Shown piece after piece: positions 1-8,823 of a stretch of 64,000 nucleotides of DNA; the stretch's first letter is position 1; each line of letters starts with the position of its first letter. The notes under the pieces are model-generated. The model had not been told where the DNA came from. It was given only the letters and a program-made list of their open reading frames with translations, and made no database searches. This DNA is from Spirochaetia bacterium. Lineage in GTDB: Bacteria; Spirochaetota; Spirochaetia; SP-2023. The translations under genes were made by a program, and so were the position numbers. The stretch spans positions 1,184,001-1,248,000 of the forward strand of contig OZ253665.1 in NCBI GenBank assembly GCA_965263295.1, in the 5' to 3' direction.

Positions 1-551
1 TTATTCATGACATGCTGGCTAGTGCACAGCACAGAGTCAAAGTAATCGAAGGCAAACTTTTCATATGTATGAACATCACTGGGCGAATGCATGACATGAC
101 AATAATGCCCAACGTGAGGCGATCGCTTAAGTTGCATAATATCCAGCTGTGGGGTTGTCATGACACACATCTTGGCCTTGAGCCTATTCATCGTGTAAAT
201 GGCGCTGTTCAGACGGCCTAAATACAATGCCCGCGCCTGATCTCCAGACTGGGCTAGGCAATCCAATCCGGGATCGTCCTTGCCGGCAGTTAAATAAACA
301 AAACTCTGCCCCCGATTCAACAGCTCCTCGCAAACAGGCTCAAAAACAGGCCAGTAATTGCGACCCTCACTGAAAATAACCAATTGATCGGCGAAGTCAC
401 TGTCACAAGCGTTCTTCTTGCCGGCCACAATATTAAAAATACGATAGAACAAAGCCCGAATATAAAACACCAGGGCCAAAGACAGGCCGACAAGCGCAGA
501 ACTCAGCAGACTGCCGCTGCCCGGATCAATGTAGGAAAAATCATAAAACAA
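1..551 (-). CDS. CDP-glycerol glycerophosphotransferase (TagF-like) family protein, 5' part; runs off the window and is missing from the ORF track
   Basis: Manual translation: (M)FYDFSYIDPGSGSLLSSALVGLSLALVFYIR...LVIFSEGRNYWPVFEPV...VMTTPQLDIMQLKRSPHVGHYCHVMHSPSD...FDYFDSVLC. The frame is open to base 1. Start codon uncertain (TTG at 551). Confidence 0.65.
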   Translation of the reverse strand, partial: MFYDFSYIDPGSGSLLSSALVGLSLALVFYIRALFYRIFNIVAGKKNACDSDFADQLVIFSEGRNYWPVFEPVCEELLNRGQSFVYLTAGKDDPGLDCLAQSGDQARALYLGRLNSAIYTMNRLKAKMCVMTTPQLDIMQLKRSPHVGHYCHVMHSPSDVHTYEKFAFDYFDSVLCTSQHVMN

Positions 552-569
552 TATTATGCAAGAATATCG

Positions 570-641
570 AGCTGACTTCAAGTACTCGTTAAATTGCCCG
601 ATAAACGAGCAGGGCAATTTAACGAGCACTTGAAGTCAGCT
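570..641. repeat. Near-perfect inverted repeat with 30-bp arms (1 mismatch) and a 12-nt loop
   Basis: agctgacttcaagtactcgttaaattgccc (570-599) pairs with gggcaatttaacgagcacttgaagtcagct (612-641). Confidence 0.95.
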
Positions 642-699
642 GCTCTCTAGCTTAACTGTCCCCTCTCTCAAAGCTTTCTGCCAGATTACAGACCAACGA

Positions 700-1122
700 T
701 TATTGCAAGGAAATCAAGCGTTTACGTCGCTCTGGTTCTTTTTTGGCCAGCTCAATATGGAGCACGCCATCTTCCATTCGCGCCTGAATACTTTCCTCAT
801 CAACAGCCTTGCCCACCTGGAAAACCCGGCGCCCAGCGCGTTGCTGGTGGCGTTCAACGCGAATCCACTTACCGTCTTCTCGGCTCTCATGTTTTTCTTC
901 CTGTTTGACTTCAATGTACAAACGGCCATCTTCCAGGCTGACTTCCACCTGGTCTTTCTTTACTCCAGGCAGATCAATTGAAATCTGAAACGCAGTATCC
1001 GTTTCCTGAATATCACTGCGCATCCAATGGTTGTCAAAACCACCTTCACTGAAGAAATCTTCCAGTATTGAGCCCAGCGCAAGAGATGGGTTGCGCCTCA
1101 GGACAACATCACGGTGTATCAT
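700..1122 (-). CDS. Small heat shock protein, Hsp20/alpha-crystallin family
   Basis: Motifs DIQETDTAFQISIDLPGVKKDQVEV and ARMEDGVLHIELAK. Start placed at ATG 1122 after a GAGGAGG SD. Confidence 0.92.
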   Translation of the reverse strand: MIHRDVVLRRNPSLALGSILEDFFSEGGFDNHWMRSDIQETDTAFQISIDLPGVKKDQVEVSLEDGRLYIEVKQEEKHESREDGKWIRVERHQQRAGRRVFQVGKAVDEESIQARMEDGVLHIELAKKEPERRKRLISLQ

Positions 1123-1193
1123 AATAACCTCCTCGGGATTGCTCCCTTCTTGTTTCTTTGACAAGCAGCATGCTTGCTCTTACATTGAACTAA

Positions 1194-1210
1194 AGCAAAT
1201 TTTATGCCAA
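1194..1210 (-). promoter_or_regulatory. Candidate sigma54 (-24/-12) promoter for hsp20
   Basis: Minus strand TTGGCATAAAATTTGCT has GG-N10-GC spacing and lies about 70 nt upstream of the ATG. Confidence 0.7.
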
Positions 1211-1611
1211 CTGTAGCAATTTAAGATATATCCTTACCCCTATCGAAATATTTCCAATCTAGGCCAATTTTTAAACTATCAGAGTCATAGAGCCTTGTCA
1301 CGCGCTCGCTTTGGCTCTAAAGGAAAGGGCAAGTAGCGTGGCATTTTGACCAATAAAACCGGAAGTCTCTTCCGGGCGTTGGCATATTTGACAAAGAATT
1401 ACACCACAACCAGCCAATCTGTGTCATTTCTGCCATTAATATTTATCGCACGAGAGCATTGCCAATACGGCAGAGATACTCAGGGCGATTCTGACCATAA
1501 ACTACTGATAGCTGCCAGGATACTTTTTCTCTCCGGACTAAATGCCAACAAAACTGGCCTTAGAACAACAATCACTTATTCTACTTAATTTTAAAATCTG
1601 CCGCATGCAAG

Positions 1612-2601
1612 TTACAGTGCCAGCAGACGGTCCAAGCCCAAAGCGGCACCACTACAGTCAGGCAAGTGCCGCCATAACCTCAAAGCCGGGAGATCGAAGC
1701 GGGCGAGTTCTGCACTGCGTCCCAGATATTCCAGGACAGCGACAAATCGTTGACGATAAAGCTCCAGATACTCTCGACGATTTTCCTCACGGCAGGCATT
1801 GGCCAGTTCAACTCCATTGACATAAAGTTCCCAGCGCTCCACCCAAGCAACTCTGCCAGCTAGCTGCCGAGCTGGCAACGGCGTCACATCTGGGTAGGGA
1901 TACAGGGCACAAAATGGCAGTTCCCGCCCGATATAAGGCTCCAGAAAATTGACCAAGAACAGGTGGAACAAGTCATCAAGACCTAGATCCGGGCTGTGCG
2001 TGCCACCAGCGGCAACATATAATTCTTGCATCCCCTCCAGGCCATTATCCCAGTATTCATCAAATCCCAGGCCCACGGCCTGGCGGCACAAGTCATCAAA
2101 ACTGAGCACTGTCAACTCGCCCGAAAAAAGTCGGCTCAAGTCGGGACGGAGCTGCGGCCCCAAGTAACCCAGTAGCTGCCGCACAAGTTCCAGCAACTGT
2201 AACGAGGTGTAGCCAATGGCATAGAATTCAAGCATCAAGAATTCCCAGAAATGTAGCTCATCCTGTTCATCTTCTTGGCGGAAGCAGTGAGCCAGCTGGT
2301 AAATGGATGGAACTTTGCCCGTTGGCAGCCCTTCGAGAATAGCCTCAGGCCCGCCCATGGCCTCGCTGTTCCACTGACAGAGTAACCGCTTCATCGCCAA
2401 TTCAGGCGAAGGCAGTAAATAACCGATTGCACCAGACCGGCCGACAACAGAGAAGCTCTGCACATGCAGCTCTGGCACCAGCCTTGTCTGTAATATTGGC
2501 GTATCGACTTCTAAAAATTTCTTCTCGGCAAAAAAGCGCCGTACGGCCTGCAATATAAAAATCTTTTGTAGGACCTTCTCTGTCGACCAAACTCTAGACA
2601 C
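1612..2601 (-). CDS. epmA: EF-P--(R)-beta-lysine ligase (EpmA/GenX)
   Basis: Class II LysRS-like catalytic domain only: FLEVDTPIL, SPELAMKRLL, YQLAHCFR, EFLMLEFY, ELYVNGVELAN, GAALGLDRL. Confidence 0.88.
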   Translation of the reverse strand: MSRVWSTEKVLQKIFILQAVRRFFAEKKFLEVDTPILQTRLVPELHVQSFSVVGRSGAIGYLLPSPELAMKRLLCQWNSEAMGGPEAILEGLPTGKVPSIYQLAHCFRQEDEQDELHFWEFLMLEFYAIGYTSLQLLELVRQLLGYLGPQLRPDLSRLFSGELTVLSFDDLCRQAVGLGFDEYWDNGLEGMQELYVAAGGTHSPDLGLDDLFHLFLVNFLEPYIGRELPFCALYPYPDVTPLPARQLAGRVAWVERWELYVNGVELANACREENRREYLELYRQRFVAVLEYLGRSAELARFDLPALRLWRHLPDCSGAALGLDRLLAL

Positions 2602-2664
2602 AAAAACCCTTGTGAGTTTACAATTTAAATTCTGAAAGAAATCATATCATCGAAAGGATGAAGT

Positions 2665-3072
2665 TTAGATGCGATAAACAACCAGGCTAATCGCGATGAC
2701 TGAAGCATAAGCAAACATTAAGATTGAAGAAAACTCCAGCGGGAACTCCGCCAAAGGTGCGAGAACTTTGTCGAGGAAGCGCAGGATAACCGTATCGAGG
2801 AACATACCCGGAACAGAGAGGCTAATCGCAGCTATCGGGGCCTGACCCGGTAGAGTGCTGGTCAAGCGCAGGCATAATAAGAAGAGTCCCGCCATCACAA
2901 TAAAAATGATGAATAACAAGGCTATAAATAAGAAACCATTGCCAAAGACTTTCAGAATTGCAGCGCCACCAAAATATAAAACCATTGTAAATAGAACAAA
3001 AAAACCGATACCGATCAGGCAAAATCGGCTGACTATGCTGCGAAAGTCCTGATTAAACTGGTGCTGCTGCAT
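2665..3072 (-). CDS. Small integral membrane protein (DUF5367-like)
   Basis: About 4 hydrophobic helices; SVPGMFLD motif resembles DUF5367 proteins; AT-richer than its neighbours. Confidence 0.55.
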   Translation of the reverse strand: MQQHQFNQDFRSIVSRFCLIGIGFFVLFTMVLYFGGAAILKVFGNGFLFIALLFIIFIVMAGLFLLCLRLTSTLPGQAPIAAISLSVPGMFLDTVILRFLDKVLAPLAEFPLEFSSILMFAYASVIAISLVVYRI

Positions 3073-3128
3073 AAATAAGTACTTCCATTACAAATATTTG
3101 GATACGATAAACCAAAGCGATAACCGCA

Positions 3129-4145
3129 TTAACTCGGAATAACTATAATAAATGGTAAAAAATAATAATACAAGGGGGCCACAAATAACAATGAGTCAAT
3201 GGAGTCCAAAACTCCTCCACGACCCAGTATCAGGGCTCCCGAATCTTTGACGTCGGCAGCTCTTTTAATCAACGACTCAACCAGGTCGCCCAATATGGCA
3301 CTACAGCCAATGGCCAAAGCAAAGAGCGGCAGATACCAAGAAAGCCTAAAGACCTGCGGCCAAACCAAAGCAAAAATCACGAAAACAAGCATACCGGCGA
3401 GCAAGCCGCCCAGAAACCCTTGCAGACTCTTATTCGGACTGACGTCAATCAGTCCACGGTTCTTGCCAAACAGCATGCCAAAGGCCCAAGCTGCAGAATC
3501 ATTGGCCTGTACACAAACAACATACAGCAAAGCCAATCGTGGCCCTGCAGGAAAAGACGTCAAAGATACGGCATAAGTACCCAAAAGACTCGGATACAAC
3601 AAGATTATCATGTAACCCATACCGACAAACAGTCGTTCTTTCATATTTGCATTGCGCAAAAAAATCGGCAGGGATAGAGCCGCCAGAGAAATAAGAGCCA
3701 CAAGACTGCTAAAGGCATTGTAGGCTTCCAAGACAGGAAACTGTAATTCCAGATAGCGCGTAGCTGGCAGCAATACCCCAATCAAAATAGCCGGCAGAGG
3801 GTAGACACGGAAGCCCAAGAGAAGCAGCAATTTAGCCATTTCCCAGGCTCCCATACCGACAAACGCAATCACCACCAGATTGAATGGCAACTGATGAAAA
3901 AACGGCAACATGATGATGGCTACCAACAGCGGCACTGCGACAATAAACAGCACAAGGCGCTCTCGTATATTGCGGCGCCTACCCTTTTTTTGTGGGCCTA
4001 CAGGAATTCTTGTGGTCGATTTGCTTGCTACTTTTTGTGCAACAGTCACCTGATCGGTATCTTTTGCCGTTCTTTCAGCCTCTAGCCCAGGCACTCCTGC
4101 TTCAGCTCTCTGCACTATTACCTGCCCCCTGTCTTTTTTGCTCAC
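3129..4145 (-). CDS. cdsA: Phosphatidate cytidylyltransferase
   Basis: NDSAAWAFG, VSPNKSLQGFLGG, GDLVESLIKRAADVKDSG..GRGGVLDSIDS; lies downstream of uppS. Confidence 0.95.
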   Translation of the reverse strand: MSKKDRGQVIVQRAEAGVPGLEAERTAKDTDQVTVAQKVASKSTTRIPVGPQKKGRRRNIRERLVLFIVAVPLLVAIIMLPFFHQLPFNLVVIAFVGMGAWEMAKLLLLLGFRVYPLPAILIGVLLPATRYLELQFPVLEAYNAFSSLVALISLAALSLPIFLRNANMKERLFVGMGYMIILLYPSLLGTYAVSLTSFPAGPRLALLYVVCVQANDSAAWAFGMLFGKNRGLIDVSPNKSLQGFLGGLLAGMLVFVIFALVWPQVFRLSWYLPLFALAIGCSAILGDLVESLIKRAADVKDSGALILGRGGVLDSIDSLLFVAPLYYYFLPFIIVIPS

Positions 4146-4844
4146 TTAATCTATCCCAGCGCCACCAAAACGGCGCTGTCGCTGACCAAAGCTTTGCAAA
4201 GCCAGTTCAAATGCGTCAGCTGTCCAGTCCGGCCACAATGCGTTGGCAAAATATAATTCTGCGTAAGCTGCATCCCACAGTAAAAAGTTGCTTATACGCT
4301 GGTCGCCACCAGTGCGAATCAACAAATCCAAAGGCGGCAGCTCTGTGCCGTGATCCATGTGGCAACGCAGGGATTCCGCATCAATTTTTGCACCGCGCTG
4401 ACGCAACCTCTCAGCGGCGCAAACGATGTCCTGTTGTCCCCCGTAGTTGACCAGCAGATTGACCGTCAAGCCGCGAAAATTTCTGGTCTGCTCTATGACA
4501 AAGTTGATTTCGTCTTGCACCACCTGAGGTAATTCTTTGAGGCCTCCTGAGTGCCAGACGCGGATGCGGTTGTCAATATAGAACTGCAATTCACTGCGCA
4601 AGTGCTTATGCAACAAACCCATCAGGTGCTCGACCTCACGCGGAGGGCGCTTCCAGTTCTCACTAGAAAACACATACAACGAGAGGAACGGCAGGCCGAG
4701 AGCCGAGGCCCGGCGCACTATCTGCTTGCTTACCTTGACGCCCTCATTATGCCCACTAATCCGGGGCTTGCCGTTCTGCTTGGCCCAACGGCCATTGCCA
4801 TCCATAATAATGCCCACATGCCGCAAATCCTCTGGGATCCCCAT
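4146..4844 (-). CDS. uppS: Polyprenyl (undecaprenyl) diphosphate synthase
   Basis: HVGIIMDGNGRWA, FSSENWKRP, DLLIRTGGDQRISNFLLW. Confidence 0.97.
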   Translation of the reverse strand: MGIPEDLRHVGIIMDGNGRWAKQNGKPRISGHNEGVKVSKQIVRRASALGLPFLSLYVFSSENWKRPPREVEHLMGLLHKHLRSELQFYIDNRIRVWHSGGLKELPQVVQDEINFVIEQTRNFRGLTVNLLVNYGGQQDIVCAAERLRQRGAKIDAESLRCHMDHGTELPPLDLLIRTGGDQRISNFLLWDAAYAELYFANALWPDWTADAFELALQSFGQRQRRFGGAGID

Positions 4845-4857
4845 TCAGCCTCAATCC

Positions 4858-5403
4858 CTATATTTCCAGAATCTCTTTTTCTTTTTGGCTCAGAACCTCA
4901 TCTATTTTCTTGACCATCTTGTCCGTAAAATGTTGAATCTCAGTAGTTTCATGCTTCTGCATGTCCTCGCTGAGCTCTGTATTTGCCTTGATCGCATCAT
5001 TCATTTCGCGGCGAATATTACGCACAGACACGCGGGCTTTCTCAGCCAGTGTTTTGGCCTGCTTAACCAAATCCTTACGGCGCTCAGTCGTCAAAGCTGG
5101 GACTTGCAGACGAATATTTTTGCCATCATTGTTCGGCGTCAGCCCCAAGTCCGCAATCTGAATGGCGCGTTCAATATCTTTCAACAGATTTCGATCAAAA
5201 GGCGCAATCAAAATCTCACGCGCTTCAGGAATACTTATATTAGCCAATTGCTTGAGCGGAGTTGGCGCCCCGTAGTAATCCACCATAACCTTATCCAGCA
5301 AATGTGGAGTCGCCCGGCCGGTGCGTAACGAGGCATAATCATGCTCCAGACTCTGGATCGTTTTCGTCATCTTTTCCGACATTTCTTTATCTAGCAAACC
5401 CAT
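4858..5403 (-). CDS. frr: Ribosome recycling factor
   Basis: LRTGRATPHLLD, YYGAPTPL, ARVSVRNIRR. Confidence 0.97.
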   Translation of the reverse strand: MGLLDKEMSEKMTKTIQSLEHDYASLRTGRATPHLLDKVMVDYYGAPTPLKQLANISIPEAREILIAPFDRNLLKDIERAIQIADLGLTPNNDGKNIRLQVPALTTERRKDLVKQAKTLAEKARVSVRNIRREMNDAIKANTELSEDMQKHETTEIQHFTDKMVKKIDEVLSQKEKEILEI

Positions 5404-5436
5404 AAAAACTCCTTTTGCAGGGAACTCACCGCCAGG

Positions 5437-5619
5437 CTACTCACGGCTGAAGTATACATATAAAGCCAGTTGAATCCAGCTGGGCGCCAGCCCAATTAAG
5501 CGCCTAATTATTATAAGGGAAAGGGCCACTGCTGCCAGGATACCAAGGGCATTATTTCGCCCTTGCCGGCACGCAGCTGGGTCCGCCTCCTTCAAGCGAT
5601 TGCATGCCGGCCAGCTCAC
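5437..5619 (-). CDS. Possible small membrane protein between tsf and frr
   Basis: 60-aa ORF starting 3 nt after the tsf stop, with a hydrophobic C-terminal half; no recognisable family. Confidence 0.25.
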   Translation of the reverse strand: MSWPACNRLKEADPAACRQGRNNALGILAAVALSLIIIRRLIGLAPSWIQLALYVYFSRE

Positions 5620-5622
5620 GCT

Positions 5623-6477
5623 TCAGCTGCCGACTTTTACAATCTTATATGCCTTCAGCGAAACGCTAGCCCCGTTCTGTTTGGAAAAATCTTTGAGGAC
5701 TTTGGCAACCGTATTCTTCGGCTCTTTGACAAAACCTTGCTCGACAAAGCAGCATTCGGCGAGCCACTTCTTCAACTGTCCCTTGAGATAAGCCTCACGG
5801 GCCTTTGGAGGAATATTTTCACTCTGGGCGCGGCCGCGAAAGATATCTTCCTGCTCAGCAATAAGCTGGGCGTCCACTTCCGAAGCATTGAGGAAACTCG
5901 GCTGGAAAGCCGCAGCATGCATCGCTAGGTCGCGTCCCAAGTCATTCAAGTTCTGGGCCAAGTCATTTGCATTCTGGGTATCGAGGCGGGCGCCTTCACT
6001 GTGCAACACAACCGCAGTGGCAATAGCGCCGTTATTGTGAGAATAAGTCAAAATCACGTCGCCAGCTTCGGCCGCAATATTGGCGATAGTGCCGATATTC
6101 AGATTTTCCTTCAGAGCCAGAACCGCCTCCTGGACCTTGCTTGTCAAAGCCGCATCGGCAGCAGTGAGCTTGCGTTCCAAAGCTTCTTGGGCGACAGCTG
6201 CGCCGAGTTTGCGGAATTTTTCGTTCATGGCGACAAAGTCGGTCTCACAGCGGATTTCCACCATGACCAAGCCATCTGTGTTCTGGGCAAAAAATACGGC
6301 ACCTTCTGAAGTCTGGCGATCACTCCGCTTTGCCGCACTGGCCAAACCTTGTTTTTTTAAGACTTTCTCTGCTTCCTCAAAGTTTCCACCGGCTTCCAGC
6401 AGAGCTTTCTTGCAGTCGCCCATACCGGCACCAGTCTTCTCGCGCAGGGATTTTACATCTTGTGGACTTACGCTCAT
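5623..6477 (-). CDS. tsf: Elongation factor Ts
   Basis: VKSLREKTGAGMGDCKKAL, EIRCETDFVA; start at MSVSP (6477), just after the rpsB stop. Confidence 0.97.
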   Translation of the reverse strand: MSVSPQDVKSLREKTGAGMGDCKKALLEAGGNFEEAEKVLKKQGLASAAKRSDRQTSEGAVFFAQNTDGLVMVEIRCETDFVAMNEKFRKLGAAVAQEALERKLTAADAALTSKVQEAVLALKENLNIGTIANIAAEAGDVILTYSHNNGAIATAVVLHSEGARLDTQNANDLAQNLNDLGRDLAMHAAAFQPSFLNASEVDAQLIAEQEDIFRGRAQSENIPPKAREAYLKGQLKKWLAECCFVEQGFVKEPKNTVAKVLKDFSKQNGASVSLKAYKIVKVGS

Positions 6478-6478
6478 C

Positions 6479-7300
6479 TTACTCTTGCTCCTTGCTATGG
6501 GAGTCGTAAACTTCCTGCTCGGCATCTTGTTGCTGGGCCTGATAATTTGCCAGCTCTTCAGCTGGAGTCATGAAGCCCGTTTCTTTTTCGTGCATGCTCT
6601 CAATCACTTCCAGGCCAATTTCGTTTTCGGCGTCGAGAACGGCAGAGGATATGGTTTGCGTGAAGAGCTGAATGGCACGGATGGCATCGTCATTGCCGGG
6701 GATTGGGAAAGTCACGCCTTTGGGGTTGCAATTGGTATCGAGAATGGCGATTACCGGAATTCCCAAGCGATTGGCCTCCGCGATGGCAATATGCTCTTTG
6801 CCCGTATCCACCACAAAAATAGCACCTGGCAGCTCCTTCATTTCCTTAATGCCGCCCAAGGTCTTTTCCAGCCGTTCCTTCTCTTTTTGTACCAACGAGA
6901 TTTCTTTCTTGGTCATGGAGTCAAATGAACCATCAATTTCCATCTTCTCCAGTTTTTTCAGCTGGTAAAGCGAGCGTTTGATGGTCGAAAAGTTGGTCAG
7001 CATGCCACCAAGCCAACGGTGGTTGACATAATGCATGCCACAACGTTCGGCCTCAGTCTTGATTGGTTCCTGAGCCTGCTTTTTAGTGCCGACAAAAAGG
7101 ATGCTTTTTTTGTTGATAACCACATCTTTGGCCGCCATATACGCATCCTTCAGACACAACACCGTTTTCTGCAGATCCACAATGTGGATGCCATTGCGCT
7201 GGGTAAAGATATACTTCTTCATACGCGGATTCCAGCGCTTAGTTTGGTGGCCGAAGTGGACACCAGCCTCTAAGAGGCTTTTCATAGAGACAGTTGTCAT
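6479..7300 (-). CDS. rpsB: 30S ribosomal protein S2
   Basis: [39 protein letters not shown]. Confidence 0.99.
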   Translation of the reverse strand: MTTVSMKSLLEAGVHFGHQTKRWNPRMKKYIFTQRNGIHIVDLQKTVLCLKDAYMAAKDVVINKKSILFVGTKKQAQEPIKTEAERCGMHYVNHRWLGGMLTNFSTIKRSLYQLKKLEKMEIDGSFDSMTKKEISLVQKEKERLEKTLGGIKEMKELPGAIFVVDTGKEHIAIAEANRLGIPVIAILDTNCNPKGVTFPIPGNDDAIRAIQLFTQTISSAVLDAENEIGLEVIESMHEKETGFMTPAEELANYQAQQQDAEQEVYDSHSKEQE

Positions 7301-7448
7301 CTATTTCCTCCTGTACAGCTCGCGCAATGAGTAGCTTTCAGCCCCCACGAGCAAGTACGCCCTTCTCTAAATCTCACGGGGGAATCGACGTCGTTCCCCC
7401 GTGGAAAATAATATTGTCTATCTTAACGATTTGCCCCAGCTTATGCAA
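7301..7448 (-). promoter_or_regulatory. rpsB sigma70-like promoter and structured 5' leader of about 110 nt
   Basis: TTGCAT (7448-7443)-N17-TAAGAT (7425-7420). Leader hairpin CACGGGGGAA...TTCCCCCGTG and SD AGGAGG. Confidence 0.55.
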
Positions 7449-7575
7449 TGCGGGACTGGCCGATGAACCAGACACATCAATCGCGATAGCCCCTTTGTCC
7501 ATTCCGACGCCTCTTGTGCCCATTCCAAGGCCTCTTGCCCATTCTATGTAGAGCAACTAAACTGCCCGAAAAATT

Positions 7576-8772
7576 ATGAACAGCGACCCGCGCTACCAGC
7601 TGCACGCCCAGCAAATTATTCGCGACCCCAGCAAACTCCCCTGGCCCTTGACGCCACAAGAGCAAAGCTACTTTGCCGCGAGCGCGGCGGAGCTGCGCGG
7701 CCGCCTGCCGTTTGCCGTCAGTACTCACTATCTTTCTCTAGTAAATCCAGACGACCCAAAAGATCCGGTCCGGCGCCAGATTGTGCCGCGCGCGGCGGAG
7801 CTGCAGCGTCGAAGCTACGAGCTACAAGATCCTCTGGGTGAAGACCTCTATTCACACAACAGCGAGCACAGCCAATACAGCAACAAAGGCAGCACTGAGC
7901 AAGCCACACATTCACGGCGCCCAAGCTCAAAAGTCGGAGGGCCAAGCGGACAGCCCGCCGCCGAGTCGCGCATGGTGCACTGTTACTCCTCACGCCTATT
8001 GATCCTGCTCAACGATAATTGTGCGACCTACTGCCGCCACTGCTTCCGCCGTCGCTTCAGCGGCCAAGACTCTGGCAGCTTGCAATACGGCCATTTACGC
8101 AGTATTCGCGACTATTTACAACAGCATGACGAAATCCGCGAAATCCTACTGACCGGCGGCGATGCCCTGATGCTCAGCACCACCCACTTACATGGCATTT
8201 TGCGCGAGCTGCGCCAGGGGCGACCTGACATTGTATTTCGCATCGCCAGCCGTCTGCCCGTTGTCATGCCGCAACGCTTTGAGCCAGAACTGATCGCCCT
8301 GCTGCGCGGACAGCAACCTCTGTGGCTGATTACTCACTTTAACCACAGACAAGAAATCAACGAAGTTACGCGCTACTACTTGCACCAAATCATCGATGCC
8401 GGTATCCCGATACTCAATCAGGCGGTGCTGCTGCGCGGCATCAATGACCATGCCGATACCCTGTGCGACCTATTTGAAGAACTCGTGCGTTTGCGCGTCA
8501 AACCCTACTATCTGTTTCAAGGCGACCTGGCCGAAGGCACCTCGCACCTGCGCGTGCCCCTCGCCCGTTCCTGGGCCATCGTCAAGGAGCTGCGTCAAAG
8601 GCTTTCGGGCATTGCCATGCCACAATTTGCCGTCGATCTGCCGGGCGGCGGTGGCAAAATCCCCCTGAGTGAAAATTATTTGATCGGCGAAGAAGAAGAC
8701 TGCTGGTTGTTCCAGTCTCTACAAGGGCAAATATACCGCTACCCCAAGGAACCAGAAATCATGGCAGAGTGA
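7576..8772 (+). CDS. KamA-family radical SAM protein (lysine 2,3-aminomutase / EF-P beta-lysylation EpmB-like)
   Basis: DDPKDPVRRQ, CATYCRHCFRR, LLTGGDAL, HFNH, NQAVLLRGIND, PYYLFQGD, DLPGGGGKIPL. Confidence 0.92.
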   Translation: MNSDPRYQLHAQQIIRDPSKLPWPLTPQEQSYFAASAAELRGRLPFAVSTHYLSLVNPDDPKDPVRRQIVPRAAELQRRSYELQDPLGEDLYSHNSEHSQYSNKGSTEQATHSRRPSSKVGGPSGQPAAESRMVHCYSSRLLILLNDNCATYCRHCFRRRFSGQDSGSLQYGHLRSIRDYLQQHDEIREILLTGGDALMLSTTHLHGILRELRQGRPDIVFRIASRLPVVMPQRFEPELIALLRGQQPLWLITHFNHRQEINEVTRYYLHQIIDAGIPILNQAVLLRGINDHADTLCDLFEELVRLRVKPYYLFQGDLAEGTSHLRVPLARSWAIVKELRQRLSGIAMPQFAVDLPGGGGKIPLSENYLIGEEEDCWLFQSLQGQIYRYPKEPEIMAE

Positions 8773-8823
8773 CGACAAGCCAGGAATCCCCCAAGCATAT
8801 TTCATATTTACAAGGGAACCCAC

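Noticed and set aside
1258..1564. Element bounded by imperfect inverted repeats (tctaggccaatttt / aaaactggccttaga)
   Set aside because: Short, gapped match with no transposase trace or target duplication.
4726..6928. Long antisense ORFs over frr/tsf/rpsB, and similar ones over uvrB, hisD, pth, rplY, yebC and metK
   Set aside because: Shadow frames of conserved genes with no recognisable motifs.
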